Shown here: positions 51,546 through 62,116 of the stretch, one piece after another
How positions within the stretch are numbered: the first letter of the stretch is position 1
Layout: the number at the start of each line of letters is the position of its first letter
NCBI GenBank assembly: GCA_044070495.1
Contig: JBIPSI010000014.1
Location: 83,541 to 147,540 of the forward strand
Direction of reading: 5' to 3'
From: Spirulina sp.
GTDB taxonomy: Bacteria > Cyanobacteriota > Cyanobacteriia > Phormidesmidales > Phormidesmidaceae
Length of the DNA stretch: 64,000 nt
Position numbers and translations under genes: made by a program
Notes under the pieces: generated by a model
Seen by the model: only the letters and a program-made list of their open reading frames with translations
What the model was told of the DNA's origin: nothing
Databases searched by the model: none

Positions 51546-52139
51546 CTAGGGCCAGCGATGGGCGTCGCGCTCGTAAAAGCTGAGACGGGCAAAGCCCATG
51601 AATGTGGGCCGCACCTGTTCTCCGACCGGGAAGGCCGTGGCCCCAAAGAGATAGACCCCCGCAAAGCGAGGATTGCGCACTGGACGCAGGGCTAACGTCA
51701 CCCTGCCGCCGGGGGGGAGGGGTGGATCAAAGCGGATCGTGAGAGCCTGGGTTCCTCGATCCTGGGTAAGTTCGCCAAGGGATACGGCTCGTCTTTCGTC
51801 CTCCACCGTTTGCCAAACCTCCGTGGATTCTAGACGATAGCGGAAAATCGGATCACGCCCTTCATCCAGGCTGATCACGACCCGATCCATAGGTTCTTGA
51901 GCTGTCACCGGAAAGTCTAGGGTGAGGTAGTAGGTGACGCTACCATCACTGACTAGGTTGCGGGTGGCATAGCTGTCTATCAGCCGAGGTGGGGCTGAAA
52001 ATTCCACGGTGCCGTCCCGGTACTGAATGGCCGCAGCGGGGGCCATGATCTGGGGCCATGGCCTAGGGAAATTCGCGGTTATCCCGGTTAGGAGGGCAAT
52101 GGCTAACCAGCGGTACCAAGGACAGGAAGAGCGAGCCAT
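51546..52139 (-). CDS. DUF2808 family cyanobacterial secreted protein
   Basis: DGTVEF..PPRL, TYY, FDPPLPPG..V.L...VRNP...GVYLFG.TAFP.G. Confidence 0.8.
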   Translation of the reverse strand: MARSSCPWYRWLAIALLTGITANFPRPWPQIMAPAAAIQYRDGTVEFSAPPRLIDSYATRNLVSDGSVTYYLTLDFPVTAQEPMDRVVISLDEGRDPIFRYRLESTEVWQTVEDERRAVSLGELTQDRGTQALTIRFDPPLPPGGRVTLALRPVRNPRFAGVYLFGATAFPVGEQVRPTFMGFARLSFYERDAHRWP

Positions 52140-52418
52140 AGCAAAACCAAAGGTAGGGAGGAGAGCAAGGCCGATGTAACTAATAACCAGCGTAACAAAC
52201 GGCACAGGAAAGGCGACCTTCCCTAACGGTGGGGGTTAAAATTGAGGCGCGAGAAAAAATAATTGGGGCGATCCAGGCTGGAGACATTGAGTGCTTAGGG
52301 ACAGTTCGCAACGATTAAGCCTCCTACCAGCCCCCAATCCCAAGGGGTTGTGTATCCCAGGTGCTAGGGCCAGACTGGATTACCGATTATCCTCGGTTTA
52401 TCCCCGTGAGGACATGCT

Positions 52419-53108
52419 ATGGCTACCGTGACTCCCTCTCCCTATACCCAGGAGCAAATTAAAGTTTGGATGCGGGGACTGCTGACCCTAGCCTGGGCCG
52501 ATGGCCACTTTGACGAGGAAGAGAAGGACTTAATTACCGCCATCACCCAGGACGAACTGGCTCCCTGCACCGATTTTGACCACTTTGACCCCGTGACTCC
52601 TGAAGAGTTAGCCACCACCCTAGGGGACGATATCCACGCCTCCGAAAATTTTCTGCGGATGGCGGTGATGGTAGCCCTAGCCGATGGGGTGTACTCCCGT
52701 GAGGAAGATCAGCAGCTTCAGCGGTTTTGTGATGCCCTGCACCTAGAGGACGGAGTGCTGGCTTCGGTGCGATCCACTCTCTATACCGAAGGGGCCAATT
52801 CGTCAGATGCGGTACCCCCAGGACTACGGCCCCCAACCCCCGACAGTAAGATCGACCCCCTCAAACCCGCCCGCGAATGGCTAGATCAGCTTGAGGTTCA
52901 CGATCCTCGCCTGGCTCGGTTTGTCTGCAAACTCATTCCTTCCCAGTGCCCCTTCGAGCGGGATGTGGTGCTGTTTAAGAAAAAGCTCGTGCACATTCCG
53001 CCCATGTGTAAGCTCAATCCGCTGTACGACCAACTGGTGGGGTTGCGGTTTCGCGCCCTATCCTACCTGGCCGACGAGTGCGGCGAGGATGTCACCCCTC
53101 TCCTCTAA
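52419..53108 (+). CDS. TerB-like + Mo-dependent nitrogenase C-terminal domain protein
   Basis: LAWADG, VALADG; CKLIPSQCPFERD...IPPMCKLNPLYDQLVGLRFRAL. Confidence 0.9.
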   Translation: MATVTPSPYTQEQIKVWMRGLLTLAWADGHFDEEEKDLITAITQDELAPCTDFDHFDPVTPEELATTLGDDIHASENFLRMAVMVALADGVYSREEDQQLQRFCDALHLEDGVLASVRSTLYTEGANSSDAVPPGLRPPTPDSKIDPLKPAREWLDQLEVHDPRLARFVCKLIPSQCPFERDVVLFKKKLVHIPPMCKLNPLYDQLVGLRFRALSYLADECGEDVTPLL

Positions 53109-53617
53109 AACACCCAGGGAATCAGCTTTTTTACCCGCTGGCGGTAGTCGCCATACTCAGAGTAGCGCTCCTGGAGCCAGACCTCTTCTTGACTGGCCTT
53201 AGCATTGAGGACAATCAACAACGCCAAACACACCCCTAAATGACTGAGGCTAAGTCGCCCTAGGCTAAGGGCAAAGGTACCTAAAATGAGCCCGCTATAA
53301 AGGCTGTGGCGCACCCAGCCGTAGACTCCCGTTTGCACCAGCTTGCCATCTTCACGGGGATAGGGTAAGGGTGTGAGGTTTTGGCCCAAATCAATCAACC
53401 CTTTACCCAGCAGAATCGCCGCCAAAAGCCCGATGCCCCCGGCCACCCCCAACAGGCCATAGCGTACCGGCAGGGGCAAACTGGACGGATCCAAGGGCTG
53501 GTAGCGGGGCACTACCACAAACAGCAGCAGCAGCACCATCTGAGCCAGAACCCAATACTCTCCCCGCTGGCCTTTCCAACTCTCGGTGGTAAAGCCCCAT
53601 TGCTTAAAAAAGTCCAC
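53105..53617 (-). CDS. Isoprenylcysteine carboxylmethyltransferase / PEMT family membrane protein
   Basis: LTPLPYP, LVQTGVYGWVRHSLYSG, EE..L...Y..Y..Y; GAGGA then GTG at 53617. Confidence 0.88.
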   Translation of the reverse strand: MDFFKQWGFTTESWKGQRGEYWVLAQMVLLLLFVVVPRYQPLDPSSLPLPVRYGLLGVAGGIGLLAAILLGKGLIDLGQNLTPLPYPREDGKLVQTGVYGWVRHSLYSGLILGTFALSLGRLSLSHLGVCLALLIVLNAKASQEEVWLQERYSEYGDYRQRVKKLIPWVF

Positions 53618-53880
53618 GTGGTGATCCTCATCAAATCGCTGGGGAGTGGCCCCACGGACTCCGCTCTGTGCCCGTCTCATATCGGATCACGTCGTTGATG
53701 GCAACCGCTTGGGCAGGTTTTTCCCCTGCTTTAAACCCGAATACAATTATGCTATCACGCTAGCATAGACGATATAAGGCAGCGCTTAAACGTGCCTACG
53801 TTGCATCCCACGCTGAAAATCGTGGGTTTTGCTGGCGTCTTAATAACTGCGTTGCAGATGGAATAGGTGAAATTAAGGCT

Positions 53881-54282
53881 ATGGTGCAAAAAATCCAGAA
53901 AACCGACGAAGAGTGGAAGCAGCAGCTTACCCCTGAGCAGTATCAGGTGGCCCGCAAACACGGCACAGAACGCGCCTTTACCGGAGCCTACCACGACAAC
54001 AAGGCCCCCGGTACCTACACCTGTGTCTGCTGCGGCACCGAGCTGTTTTCCTCGGAAACCAAGTACGACTCTGGCACGGGTTGGCCCAGCTTTTGGGCTC
54101 CGGTGAAGGAGGAGAATGTGGCCACCAAACGGGATATCAGTCTGTTTATGGTGCGAACCGAAGTCCTCTGTGCCGCCTGCGATGCCCACCTCGGCCACGT
54201 CTTCAACGATGGGCCTGCCCCCACCGGGCAGCGCTACTGTATGAACTCCGCCGCCCTCCAGTTCCACCCCAAGGAAGGCTAG
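53881..54282 (+). CDS. msrB: Peptide-methionine (R)-S-oxide reductase
   Basis: [30 protein letters not shown]. Confidence 0.97.
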   Translation: MVQKIQKTDEEWKQQLTPEQYQVARKHGTERAFTGAYHDNKAPGTYTCVCCGTELFSSETKYDSGTGWPSFWAPVKEENVATKRDISLFMVRTEVLCAACDAHLGHVFNDGPAPTGQRYCMNSAALQFHPKEG

Positions 54283-54335
54283 ACCGAGGGAATCGTACCC
54301 AATCCGCGTGGGACTCTGATCCCCAACCGCCCCCC

Positions 54336-54358
54336 GCAGGGGCGAGGTCTCCTCGCTC
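54336..54358. repeat. GTAG-type REP, degenerate
   Basis: gcaggggcgaggtctcctcgctc. Confidence 0.65.
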
Positions 54359-54409
54359 GCTGATGCAGAGGGTAAACCCGTCAGACTAAGGGTCACGCTA
54401 AGGAAAGCT

Positions 54410-55240
54410 GTGGATCTCTACTGCGATATTCGGGGTAATGGTGTGCCGATCCTATGCCTCCATGGCCATCCCGGATCGGCCCGCACCATGGCCGTCTTTT
54501 CTGAACGACTGTCACGCCAGTATCTAACCCTGGCCCCGGATTTGCGCGGCTATGGGGCCAGCCAGGTGCGTCAGCCCTTTCACCTAGAGGAGAGCCTAGG
54601 GGATTTGGTCGCCCTGCTAGATCGTCAGGGGATCGGCCAATGCTGGGTGCTGGGCTGGTCGCTGGGGGGGATTTTGGCCCTAGAACTGGCCCTGCGCCAC
54701 CCCGACCGCATTCAGGGGCTGATCCTGCTTGCCACCGCCGCCCGCCCTGTAGGCAACCATCCCCGTCCTTCCCCTCTGGAGGTGGTCAATACGGGGCTAG
54801 CTTCGCTGATCAATCTCGCGATCCCCGGCCACCCCTGGGTAATCCGCCACCTCGGCCAGAACTCCCTTTACCGCTACCTGCTGCAACGACACACCTCAAC
54901 GGCCTACCGTAGGTTGGCCCAGGAGGGATTTTGGGCCTTTGTAAAAACTTCCCGCTACGCCCACCAAGCGCTGAACCGAGCCATGGCCAGAGGCTACAAC
55001 CGCCTGCCAGAGGCGGGTCAAATTATGGTGCCCTGCCTAGTGCTCTGTGGTGAACAGGATCGCCACATCACCGCCCAGTCCAGCCTAGAAACCGCCCGCC
55101 ATCTTCCCCAGGCCGACAGCCGTTGCTATGCCAACACCGCCCACCTGCTGCCCTGGGAAATTCCTGATCTGCTTCTAAACGACATCGAGGCATGGCTAGA
55201 ACACCACACCTCGATCCGGGTGGCGACCCCAGAGGGATAG
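54410..55240 (+). CDS. Alpha/beta hydrolase
   Basis: LHGHPG, DLRGYG, GWSLGG, GEQD, AH. Confidence 0.9.
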   Translation: MDLYCDIRGNGVPILCLHGHPGSARTMAVFSERLSRQYLTLAPDLRGYGASQVRQPFHLEESLGDLVALLDRQGIGQCWVLGWSLGGILALELALRHPDRIQGLILLATAARPVGNHPRPSPLEVVNTGLASLINLAIPGHPWVIRHLGQNSLYRYLLQRHTSTAYRRLAQEGFWAFVKTSRYAHQALNRAMARGYNRLPEAGQIMVPCLVLCGEQDRHITAQSSLETARHLPQADSRCYANTAHLLPWEIPDLLLNDIEAWLEHHTSIRVATPEG

Positions 55241-55269
55241 GAATCGCCTATAAAACTTGTCCCTACTCT

Positions 55270-55563
55270 CTAGGGTTGACCGCTAAACGCAGGTGAAGTG
55301 AAGCCCCCGAAGGGACTGTCCCATTCCTCGGTAATGGTGAGCTGGGCCGGATGGCTGCATCGCTGGATAGAGGTACGGATGTTGAGCGCTCCCTCTTGCT
55401 CTAAATCTTCGATGTATCCCCCCTTCAGGGCTTCGGCCTCTTCTTCGCTGTCGAAGGGGCCGAAATAGTAGGTACAGGTAGGCTGATTGGTTTTAATTTC
55501 CAGCCACCAAGCCTTGCCAAAGCCAAAAAGGTCTTCTAAAAAACGCCCGAAAGAAGTTTTCAT
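55270..55563 (-). CDS. DUF1816 family protein
   Basis: AWWLEIKT..P.CTYYFGPF...GYIEDL..EGA. Confidence 0.88.
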   Translation of the reverse strand: MKTSFGRFLEDLFGFGKAWWLEIKTNQPTCTYYFGPFDSEEEAEALKGGYIEDLEQEGALNIRTSIQRCSHPAQLTITEEWDSPFGGFTSPAFSGQP

Positions 55564-55632
55564 AGTTTCTGCCTATCTAGTCTGCTTACCTAGTCTGCCG
55601 ACCATGTTGCCGAGCGAGCGACCGCTGATCTG

Positions 55633-57156
55633 TCATGACTCAGGGGTCTCAGCGGAAAGCGTCATCCCTTGTTTGTTTATACTGGGTTGCCTTTGATTTT
55701 GCAAAGAGGAAATTTGGATTTGCGCCGCCCATCGATGACGATAAATCTCATAGAGCGCCATTCCTGTAGCCACGGATGCATTTAGGCTAGGAACTGCGCC
55801 CTGGAGGGGAATGGAAATTAGCACATCACAGCCCTGTTGCACACTCAGGCTGAGGCCATCGCCTTCGGATCCCACCACAATCACCGTGGGTCGGTCAAAG
55901 GTGGTGCGGTGGACGGGCTGGCTGGCTTCGGAGGAGAGCCCGTAGATCCAAAAGCCCCGTTCCTTCAGGGTATCGAGGGCGCGTTTAAGGTTGACCACTC
56001 GCGCTACGGGCAGGTGCTCTAGGGCTCCGGCGGCCACCTTAGCCACGGTAGAAGTTACCCCCACCGCCCGACGCTGGGGAATCACCATACCCTGGGCTCC
56101 TAGGGCTTCGGCGGTACGAATAATGGCTCCAAGGTTATGGGGATCCGTGATCCCATCGGCAGCAACGATAACAGGCAGCTTGGTCTTGGCCAGGGCCGCT
56201 TCAATCAGATCGTCTAAATCCTTGTAGTCGTAGGGGGCTGCCTGGGCAACGATCCCCTGGTGGTTGGCCCCTTCAGTAATTTGATTGAGGCGACGGGTGT
56301 CCACTTCGTCGATCACCGCACCGCTGGCCTTAGCCTCGTCAATCAGGGACAAAAAGCGGGAATCGTAGCGCAGTCGGCTATTCACCCACACCCGATTGAG
56401 CGGGCGCTGATTTTCCAGGGCTGCGGCTACCGCGTGGCGTCCGTAGATTAAATCAGCGGGGCCATCCTCCTGGATTTGGTCAGATTCCGTAGTACTGGCA
56501 GCGGCGTAGCGATCCGACTGGGGCGAGCGATCCCCAGAAAAGCGCCCCTCCCCCTGGCCGCGATAGCCCCCACCGTCAGCCTTGCCCCGATAGCCACCAT
56601 CACTTTTGCTTCGATAACCGCCCCCGTCAGACTTGCCCCGGTAGCCACCATCTTCACTCTTACCGCGATAGCCACCACCCTCAGACTTACCCCGGTAGCC
56701 ACTAGCTTCACTCTTGCCGCGATAGCCACCACCGTCAGCTTTACCCCGGTAGCCGCCATCTTCACTCTTGCCGCGATAGCCACCACCCTCAGCTTTACCC
56801 CGGTAGCCACCGTCAGACTTGCCCCGGTAGCCCCCGTCAGCTTTACCACGGTAGCCCCCTTCAGACTTGCCACGATAACCGCCGTCTTCACTTTTGCCCC
56901 GGTAGCCGTCGCCTTCAGACTTGCCGCGATAGCCCCCGTCAGACTTGCCCCGGTAGCCGTTACCTTGCGGCTGGTCGCCATAGCTCCCAGAGCGCTTGCC
57001 GCCGCCGGTGGGTTTTCCTCCCGAAGCTTTTAGAACGGGCTTAGGGCTGCCTTCAGAACCACCTCGGCGGGAGGGTTTGTCTCGGTGGGAAGCACCATCG
57101 TAGGAGGAGGAACCTTTGGAGGAACGAGACTCGTGGGAAAAATTGTCGGACGGCAT
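55633..57156 (-). CDS. rlmB: 23S rRNA (G2251) 2'-O-methyltransferase with long repetitive N-terminal extension
   Basis: [38 protein letters not shown]. Confidence 0.93.
   Translation of the reverse strand: MPSDNFSHESRSSKGSSSYDGASHRDKPSRRGGSEGSPKPVLKASGGKPTGGGKRSGSYGDQPQGNGYRGKSDGGYRGKSEGDGYRGKSEDGGYRGKSEGGYRGKADGGYRGKSDGGYRGKAEGGGYRGKSEDGGYRGKADGGGYRGKSEASGYRGKSEGGGYRGKSEDGGYRGKSDGGGYRSKSDGGYRGKADGGGYRGQGEGRFSGDRSPQSDRYAAASTTESDQIQEDGPADLIYGRHAVAAALENQRPLNRVWVNSRLRYDSRFLSLIDEAKASGAVIDEVDTRRLNQITEGANHQGIVAQAAPYDYKDLDDLIEAALAKTKLPVIVAADGITDPHNLGAIIRTAEALGAQGMVIPQRRAVGVTSTVAKVAAGALEHLPVARVVNLKRALDTLKERGFWIYGLSSEASQPVHRTTFDRPTVIVVGSEGDGLSLSVQQGCDVLISIPLQGAVPSLNASVATGMALYEIYRHRWAAQIQISSLQNQRQPSINKQGMTLSAETPES
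56552..56962 (-). repeat. Coding tandem repeat, 16 units of 24 or 27 bp encoding (x)GGYRGK(S/A)(D/E)
   Basis: Counted in the RlmB translation. Confidence 0.92.
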
Positions 57157-57478
57157 GATAACACCGAGGTAAAAGACCGGCACCGGGGTCAAACGGGCGA
57201 ATGACTAGGCTAGCACGCGATTCCCCTAGATCGCTAAGACTCGGTGCAAGCCGTGATTGTTTGGGCGTAGTTTTCCGCATCTGCCACAGGCTTTCTATCG
57301 ATTTATCGAGGGGCAATCAGGAAGTCAGCGGAGGAAAGACACGCTTAAGTCAGGTACTGCCATTGTGGAACCGAAAACTGGGCTTCGGAAGATTATTCAC
57401 AATAACTACAGGAAAGGAGGCGAGAACCCGATTGCAGAAGCCTATTCACCCTAACGACCGGGAAATCGGGAGATTGAA

Positions 57479-57937
57479 TCAGTTGCCAATCTTGAGGTAA
57501 CCCAAGAGTTCGGCTAGGCGGTCGGGATCGGTCAGGTAGAGGTAGCCGATTAGGGTTTCTAGACCCGTCGCCTGTTGGTAGATGGCTCCATCTAACCGTT
57601 TTGGCCCCCGCGAAGACGCATTACGCCCCCAGCGAAACACGTCTTGCTCGGTCACCGTGAGGTGAGGAGCCAGTTGATCGGCCCAATAGGCCTGTTGTTC
57701 GGCTTTCACCTGCTCTACGACGCGGTTGTGGTAGTCCTGAATACGCTTGGGCGGCAGCAAAAATTGGCTACGAACATAAAGTTCATAGACTGCATCCCCC
57801 ATATAGGCTAGGGACGTGGGAGATAAGCCACGCACCTGGGCTGGCGGCAACCGACTATCTTGATCTCCTGGCTTGGCCATGGGGTTGGGCACCATTGATT
57901 GCATGGCGATGGGATCGGCCATCAGATCCGCTGCCAT
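57479..57937 (-). CDS. mrnC: Mini-ribonuclease III
   Basis: LAYMGDAVYELYVR, V.A..QA, GRNA, Y..ATGLETLIGYL; start uncertain. Confidence 0.9.
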   Translation of the reverse strand: MAADLMADPIAMQSMVPNPMAKPGDQDSRLPPAQVRGLSPTSLAYMGDAVYELYVRSQFLLPPKRIQDYHNRVVEQVKAEQQAYWADQLAPHLTVTEQDVFRWGRNASSRGPKRLDGAIYQQATGLETLIGYLYLTDPDRLAELLGYLKIGN

Positions 57938-58101
57938 GGCCAGGGTGACTTTGGGAAGATCTGCCGACAGCACCACGCGTCTAAAGCGTAGGAGCCAGTC
58001 CAGCCGATTGGTTCCCCACAGCCACGACTCTAACCACGGCCCTGGGGGTGAAGCCTCTGGCAACTCGGAGTCAGCCAAGACCTGTTCTCCGTGCGTTCAG
58101 A

Positions 58102-58479
58102 CTATTCACCCGCCGGTTGATCGAGGTTGGCGATGGCCTCTTCCACCGAGGGCTGAAGCGAGAGAAACTTCTCTAGGCGCACCAGCTTCACGGTTTGGGT
58201 CACACGGGGATTGGTGACTACCTGCACCGATCCCCCTTCGCCCGTAGCTTTTTTCACCAGTTGCACGAGGGCTCCTAGCCCAGAGCTATCGACAAAATCG
58301 ATGGCGGCTAGGTCGAGGATGATATTGGCGGGGCCAGCTTCGACATATTTGGTCAACACCTTGCGGAACGCCGGTTCCGAGAAGGCGTCTAGCTGTCCGA
58401 TGAGGCGAAACAGTTGATAGGTTCCCCTGACATCGCGGGTGCCTCGTAAACTTACGGTCAGGGTTAGAGATTCAGCGAT
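58102..58479 (-). CDS. STAS-domain anti-sigma factor antagonist, probable ATC start
   Basis: IAESLTLTVSLRGTR...GQLDAFSE...DFVDSSGLGALV; GGAGG 6 nt before the ATC. Confidence 0.85.
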   Translation of the reverse strand: MAESLTLTVSLRGTRDVRGTYQLFRLIGQLDAFSEPAFRKVLTKYVEAGPANIILDLAAIDFVDSSGLGALVQLVKKATGEGGSVQVVTNPRVTQTVKLVRLEKFLSLQPSVEEAIANLDQPAGE

Positions 58480-58687
58480 GGGAAACCTCCTGGGGTGCTC
58501 CGATTCGACAGTTTAATATAGGCTAGGATAGGCCGGTCTGCAAGGGGTAAATTCCCTCGCCCCTGGGTGGGTCGCCCTGGAAGAGAACTTGACTGTCCTT
58601 GGGGGGGGCGAATTCGTTGGCGGCAATTCCCTGGGTTTGGTTCTGCCGGATAGAGGGTAACTGCTCCTATCCCAGGGAAATGGATTT

Positions 58688-59845
58688 CTAGGCGGGTTGG
58701 TGCTGTTGGCGGTATTCCCGCATGGTTTGCACAAACTTGGCAAAGAGGTAGTCGGCATCGTGGGGGCCAGGGCTGGCTTCGGGGTGGTACTGCACGGAGA
58801 AAATCGGCAGGGTTTTGTGGGCCAAGCCCGCCACAGTTTGGTCGTTGAGGTTGAGGTGGGTGACTGCAACCTCATCCCCAGGGATGGAGTCGGCATCGAT
58901 GGCAAAGCCGTGGTTTTGGCTGGTGATTTCCACCTGACGCTCTAGGCCACAGGGTTGGTTCAGCCCCCGGTGGCCAAATTTGAGCTTAAAGGTAGACGCC
59001 CCCAGAGACAGCCCCAAAATTTGGTGGCCCATGCAGATGCCGAAGGTGGGTAGTTGGTAGTTTAACAACGCCTGCACCAATTCCGGGGCGTAGGTGACCG
59101 CCGCCGGATCGCCGGGGCCGTTGGAGAGAAAAATGCCGTCGGGCTGATAGCCCATGATTTGCTCGGCGCTGCTGCTGGCGGGCACCACAATCACCCGGCA
59201 CCCGTAGCTGGACAACCGCCGCAAAATGTTGCGCTTAACGCCAAAGTCCACCGCCACTACGGTCAGCGGTTCCCCTTCGGCGGTTTCGCCAGCGCTGTAT
59301 TCCCAGGCGGTGGGGGTGCCCTCTGTCCATTCATAGACTTCGTGGGTGGTGACCTGATCCACCAGATTCAACCCCGCCATGGAAGGAGCATCCTGCAATT
59401 GCCGCAGCAGTTCCTCTGGGTCTAAAATTTCCGTGGAGATGGCTCCGTTCATCGCTCCGGTGGTGCGTAGGCGGCGGGTGAGGGCGCGGGTATCAATGCC
59501 GAAAATGCCGGGAATGTGGTGCCCCTTGAGGTAATCCGGTAGGGATTGGGTGGACCGCCAGTTGCTGGGGATGTCGCAGATGTTACGGGCAATGGCCCCT
59601 TTGATATAAGGACGGGCGGATTCTTCGTCCTCCGGGTTCACCCCGGTGTTGCCCAGTTCGGGGTAGGTGAAGGTGACGATCTGGCCGCAGTAGCTAGGGT
59701 CGGTCATCACTTCCTGATAGCCCGTCATGCCCGTATTAAAGACCACCTCCCCCATGACGGTACCGCTGGCCCCAAAGGACCACCCCCGAAATACGGAGCC
59801 ATCGGCTAAAACAAGAAGAGCAGGGGGAGCATCGAGGAAAACCAT
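58688..59845 (-). CDS. carA: Carbamoyl-phosphate synthase small subunit
   Basis: [38 protein letters not shown]. Confidence 0.98.
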   Translation of the reverse strand: MVFLDAPPALLVLADGSVFRGWSFGASGTVMGEVVFNTGMTGYQEVMTDPSYCGQIVTFTYPELGNTGVNPEDEESARPYIKGAIARNICDIPSNWRSTQSLPDYLKGHHIPGIFGIDTRALTRRLRTTGAMNGAISTEILDPEELLRQLQDAPSMAGLNLVDQVTTHEVYEWTEGTPTAWEYSAGETAEGEPLTVVAVDFGVKRNILRRLSSYGCRVIVVPASSSAEQIMGYQPDGIFLSNGPGDPAAVTYAPELVQALLNYQLPTFGICMGHQILGLSLGASTFKLKFGHRGLNQPCGLERQVEITSQNHGFAIDADSIPGDEVAVTHLNLNDQTVAGLAHKTLPIFSVQYHPEASPGPHDADYLFAKFVQTMREYRQQHQPA

Positions 59846-60068
59846 GGCCGTCGGGTAAGGATCGCAGAGCGCTACTATCCTAAGGCCAAACGGTGGGTTT
59901 GGGATCAGCCGCGATTGAGGGAGTCTTGACAGAAGCCCAGGGACAAGGCCTCTCCAACCCTGCGGTGGGGCACAGTTTTTCGACCAAAGTGGGAATTCTA
60001 GGCCATAGCGGTGGAGTCACCAATCAGGGATGTACGGGCCAATTCAGAGGGCGTAGCGAGGCAAAAGC

Positions 60069-60929
60069 ATGGGATGGCAAGGGTTGCTAAGAACGGCGGC
60101 GGTGGTTGGGATGGGCGTGGCGCTAGCGGGCTGCGGAGGATCCCTTCGCCCTCTGGCCAGCCAGCCCCCTACGGCTTCTACCCCGGTGTCTGCACCTAGT
60201 CCGGCGGATCAGACGGCCCCTCCAGCCACGACCCAAGCGGTAGTTGAGGCTTCCCCAAGTACCGCCCAGCCCGATGCCCCCGCCGATACCCAGCCCGATT
60301 ACTTCCGAGAGGCCGTGAACCGAGCCACCAGCGCCATGGTGTTGGGGCAGTCGGCCCAGTCCCAGGCGGATTGGCAGCTTGCCGTAGGGCGCTGGCAGCA
60401 GGCCGTGGATTTAATGAAGCAAGTCCCCACCGATAGCCCTAACCACGCCCAGGCCCAGGCCAAGGTGCAGGAGTATCAACGCAACCTCGCCGCCGCCCAG
60501 CAGCGGGCGACCGGGCAACCTACGACTCCGCCCCCCGCCGCCCCGGTGACGGCCCCCGACGGTCTGGTGGCCCAGATTCCGATCCTAGATCGGCGGGGGG
60601 GAACCCCGGTGGTGGAAGTGGCCTTTCAGGGGCAGCGGGGCAGCCATCGCTTTCCCATGCTGTTTGATACGGGGGCCACGGGGACGCTGATTACCGCTGA
60701 AATGGCCGAGCAAATTGGCGTGGTGATTGTGGGCAGCACCCAGGTCAAAATTGCCGATGGCAGCGTGGTTAGCCTACCCATCGGCTATGTGGATTTCATC
60801 GAGGTGGGGGGGCTTCGCAAAACCTCTATGGTGGTGGCCATTGGGGGCAGTGTGGGCCTGCTGGGCCAGGATGTCTACGGCGAATTTGGCATCGCCATGG
60901 GTTCCCACATCATTAACCTGCATAAATAA
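60069..60929 (+). CDS. Lipoprotein with helical repeat and retropepsin-like aspartic protease domain
   Basis: LAGC lipobox; FDTGAT; GLLGQD. Confidence 0.88.
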   Translation: MGWQGLLRTAAVVGMGVALAGCGGSLRPLASQPPTASTPVSAPSPADQTAPPATTQAVVEASPSTAQPDAPADTQPDYFREAVNRATSAMVLGQSAQSQADWQLAVGRWQQAVDLMKQVPTDSPNHAQAQAKVQEYQRNLAAAQQRATGQPTTPPPAAPVTAPDGLVAQIPILDRRGGTPVVEVAFQGQRGSHRFPMLFDTGATGTLITAEMAEQIGVVIVGSTQVKIADGSVVSLPIGYVDFIEVGGLRKTSMVVAIGGSVGLLGQDVYGEFGIAMGSHIINLHK

Positions 60930-60975
60930 AAGATGAATTTCACATTGTTATTGAAATGAGCTGTTAGTCATCTAA

Positions 60976-61177
60976 TCTAGACGATGGGGAGGTGATTGCT
61001 GAGTACCCTGATGATCGTCCTTATCCCAGCTATCTGATGCTGGGCATAGTCAATCAGCGCCCGATTCATACTGTTGTGGCAAGGGATGTAGAAACGCAAA
61101 CGATATTTGTTGTAACTGCCTATGAACCAGATGAAGCCCTATGGCAAGCTGACTTTAAAACTCGGAAACAATCATGA
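60976..61177 (+). pseudogene. 5'-truncated DUF4258 family putative toxin
   Basis: GEVIAEYPDDRPYPSYLMLG...PIHTV...VVTAYEPD...W; in-frame stop just upstream removes the N-terminal third. Confidence 0.7.
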
Positions 61178-61398
61178 ACTGCGTCATTTGCAAACAAGGG
61201 AAGACTCAAGCTGGTCTGGTCACAGTCACACTGGAACGAGAAGGCGCAATTGTTGTGTTTAAGTGGGTGCCTGCGGAGGTCTGCGATAACTGCGGTGAAT
61301 ATTACCTCAGCGATGAGGTGACTGGAAAACTGCTGGAACGGGCAGAGGCCGCTATTGCTAGTGGTGCTGAGGTTGAGATTCGCGGCTATGCGGCTTGA
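61174..61398 (+). CDS. YgiT-type zinc finger (MqsA-like antitoxin)
   Basis: CVIC...VPAEVCDNCGEYY; ATGA overlap with the DUF4258 gene. Confidence 0.88.
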   Translation: MNCVICKQGKTQAGLVTVTLEREGAIVVFKWVPAEVCDNCGEYYLSDEVTGKLLERAEAAIASGAEVEIRGYAA

Positions 61399-61402
61399 GG
61401 GG

Positions 61403-61803
61403 TTAGTTAGAGGCAAGACATAGCTGGTTGAGGCTGATAGTGTCAAGGTTGCTGAGTTTGGCCAAGTTCATCAGGGCTTTTAAGCGAGCGACCCGGTGTT
61501 GCTTAGGCGATCTTCATAGTGCAGCAGCTCTTGATGCTCGGCGTCGATTAGTTCGCCCCATTCGCAGCATTGGCCCTCTTGGGCCGCTCTCTGAGCATCG
61601 CGCAGATCATCAAGGTGGGTTTTCTCTGGGGCAGGTAGCTGCCGTTGGATGGTGGCTAACAATGGGGCTTGGTCTGGGTTGGTTGGGGTTTGGGGGGCAG
61701 GGTCGGCCAATACCTCCAGCAGTTGCACCACGGCGGCCAGCTTGTTTTGCGGGAGCTGGCCGCCGTGGGTGATCGTCCGTTGACGGATGTCGAGGGGAGG
61801 CAT
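61403..61803 (-). pseudogene. Frameshifted small cyanobacterial antitoxin-like hypothetical
   Basis: ...EWGELIDAEHQELLHYED, then plausible helical tail QHRVARLKALMNLAKL in another frame ending at 61403. Confidence 0.5.
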
Positions 61804-61927
61804 GGCAAAGGCAGAAGCAAGGCTTAGTTATGGCAGCAAGATCAAGGGATTGCCCCTATGCTAGGTAGCGCTATGGTTGCTATAAGAGAATTCGGTCGCC
61901 TAGCCAGGGCGGGGGTAGTTACCCCCT

Positions 61928-62116
61928 TTGGTGATTGGGTCGCCGGAAGGGGTGCGGGCAACGATTCACCTGCTGCATATGTTGACTTATGCGGAGCAGG
62001 CGACTTGGAGCCAGTTGATTCCTATTCCAGAGTCGGGGATTTTGATTACCCCGGAGCATAGTGAGGTGTTTAGTCTGTTGAGGCGCGACAGACTCGTGGA
62101 TTATATAGAGGTATAG
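61928..62116 (+). CDS. Small cyanobacterial hypothetical, possibly 5'-truncated
   Basis: IGSPEGVRATIHLLH.L.YAE...WS motif. Confidence 0.5.
   Translation: MVIGSPEGVRATIHLLHMLTYAEQATWSQLIPIPESGILITPEHSEVFSLLRRDRLVDYIEV

Noticed and set aside
52419..53108. Nitrogenase gene
   Set aside because: The domain name is historical; there are no NifD/K/H motifs or nif genes here.
56552..56962. Regular 24-27 bp repeats as a CRISPR array
   Set aside because: No unique spacers, unit lengths are multiples of three, the repeats are in frame within rlmB, and there are no cas genes.
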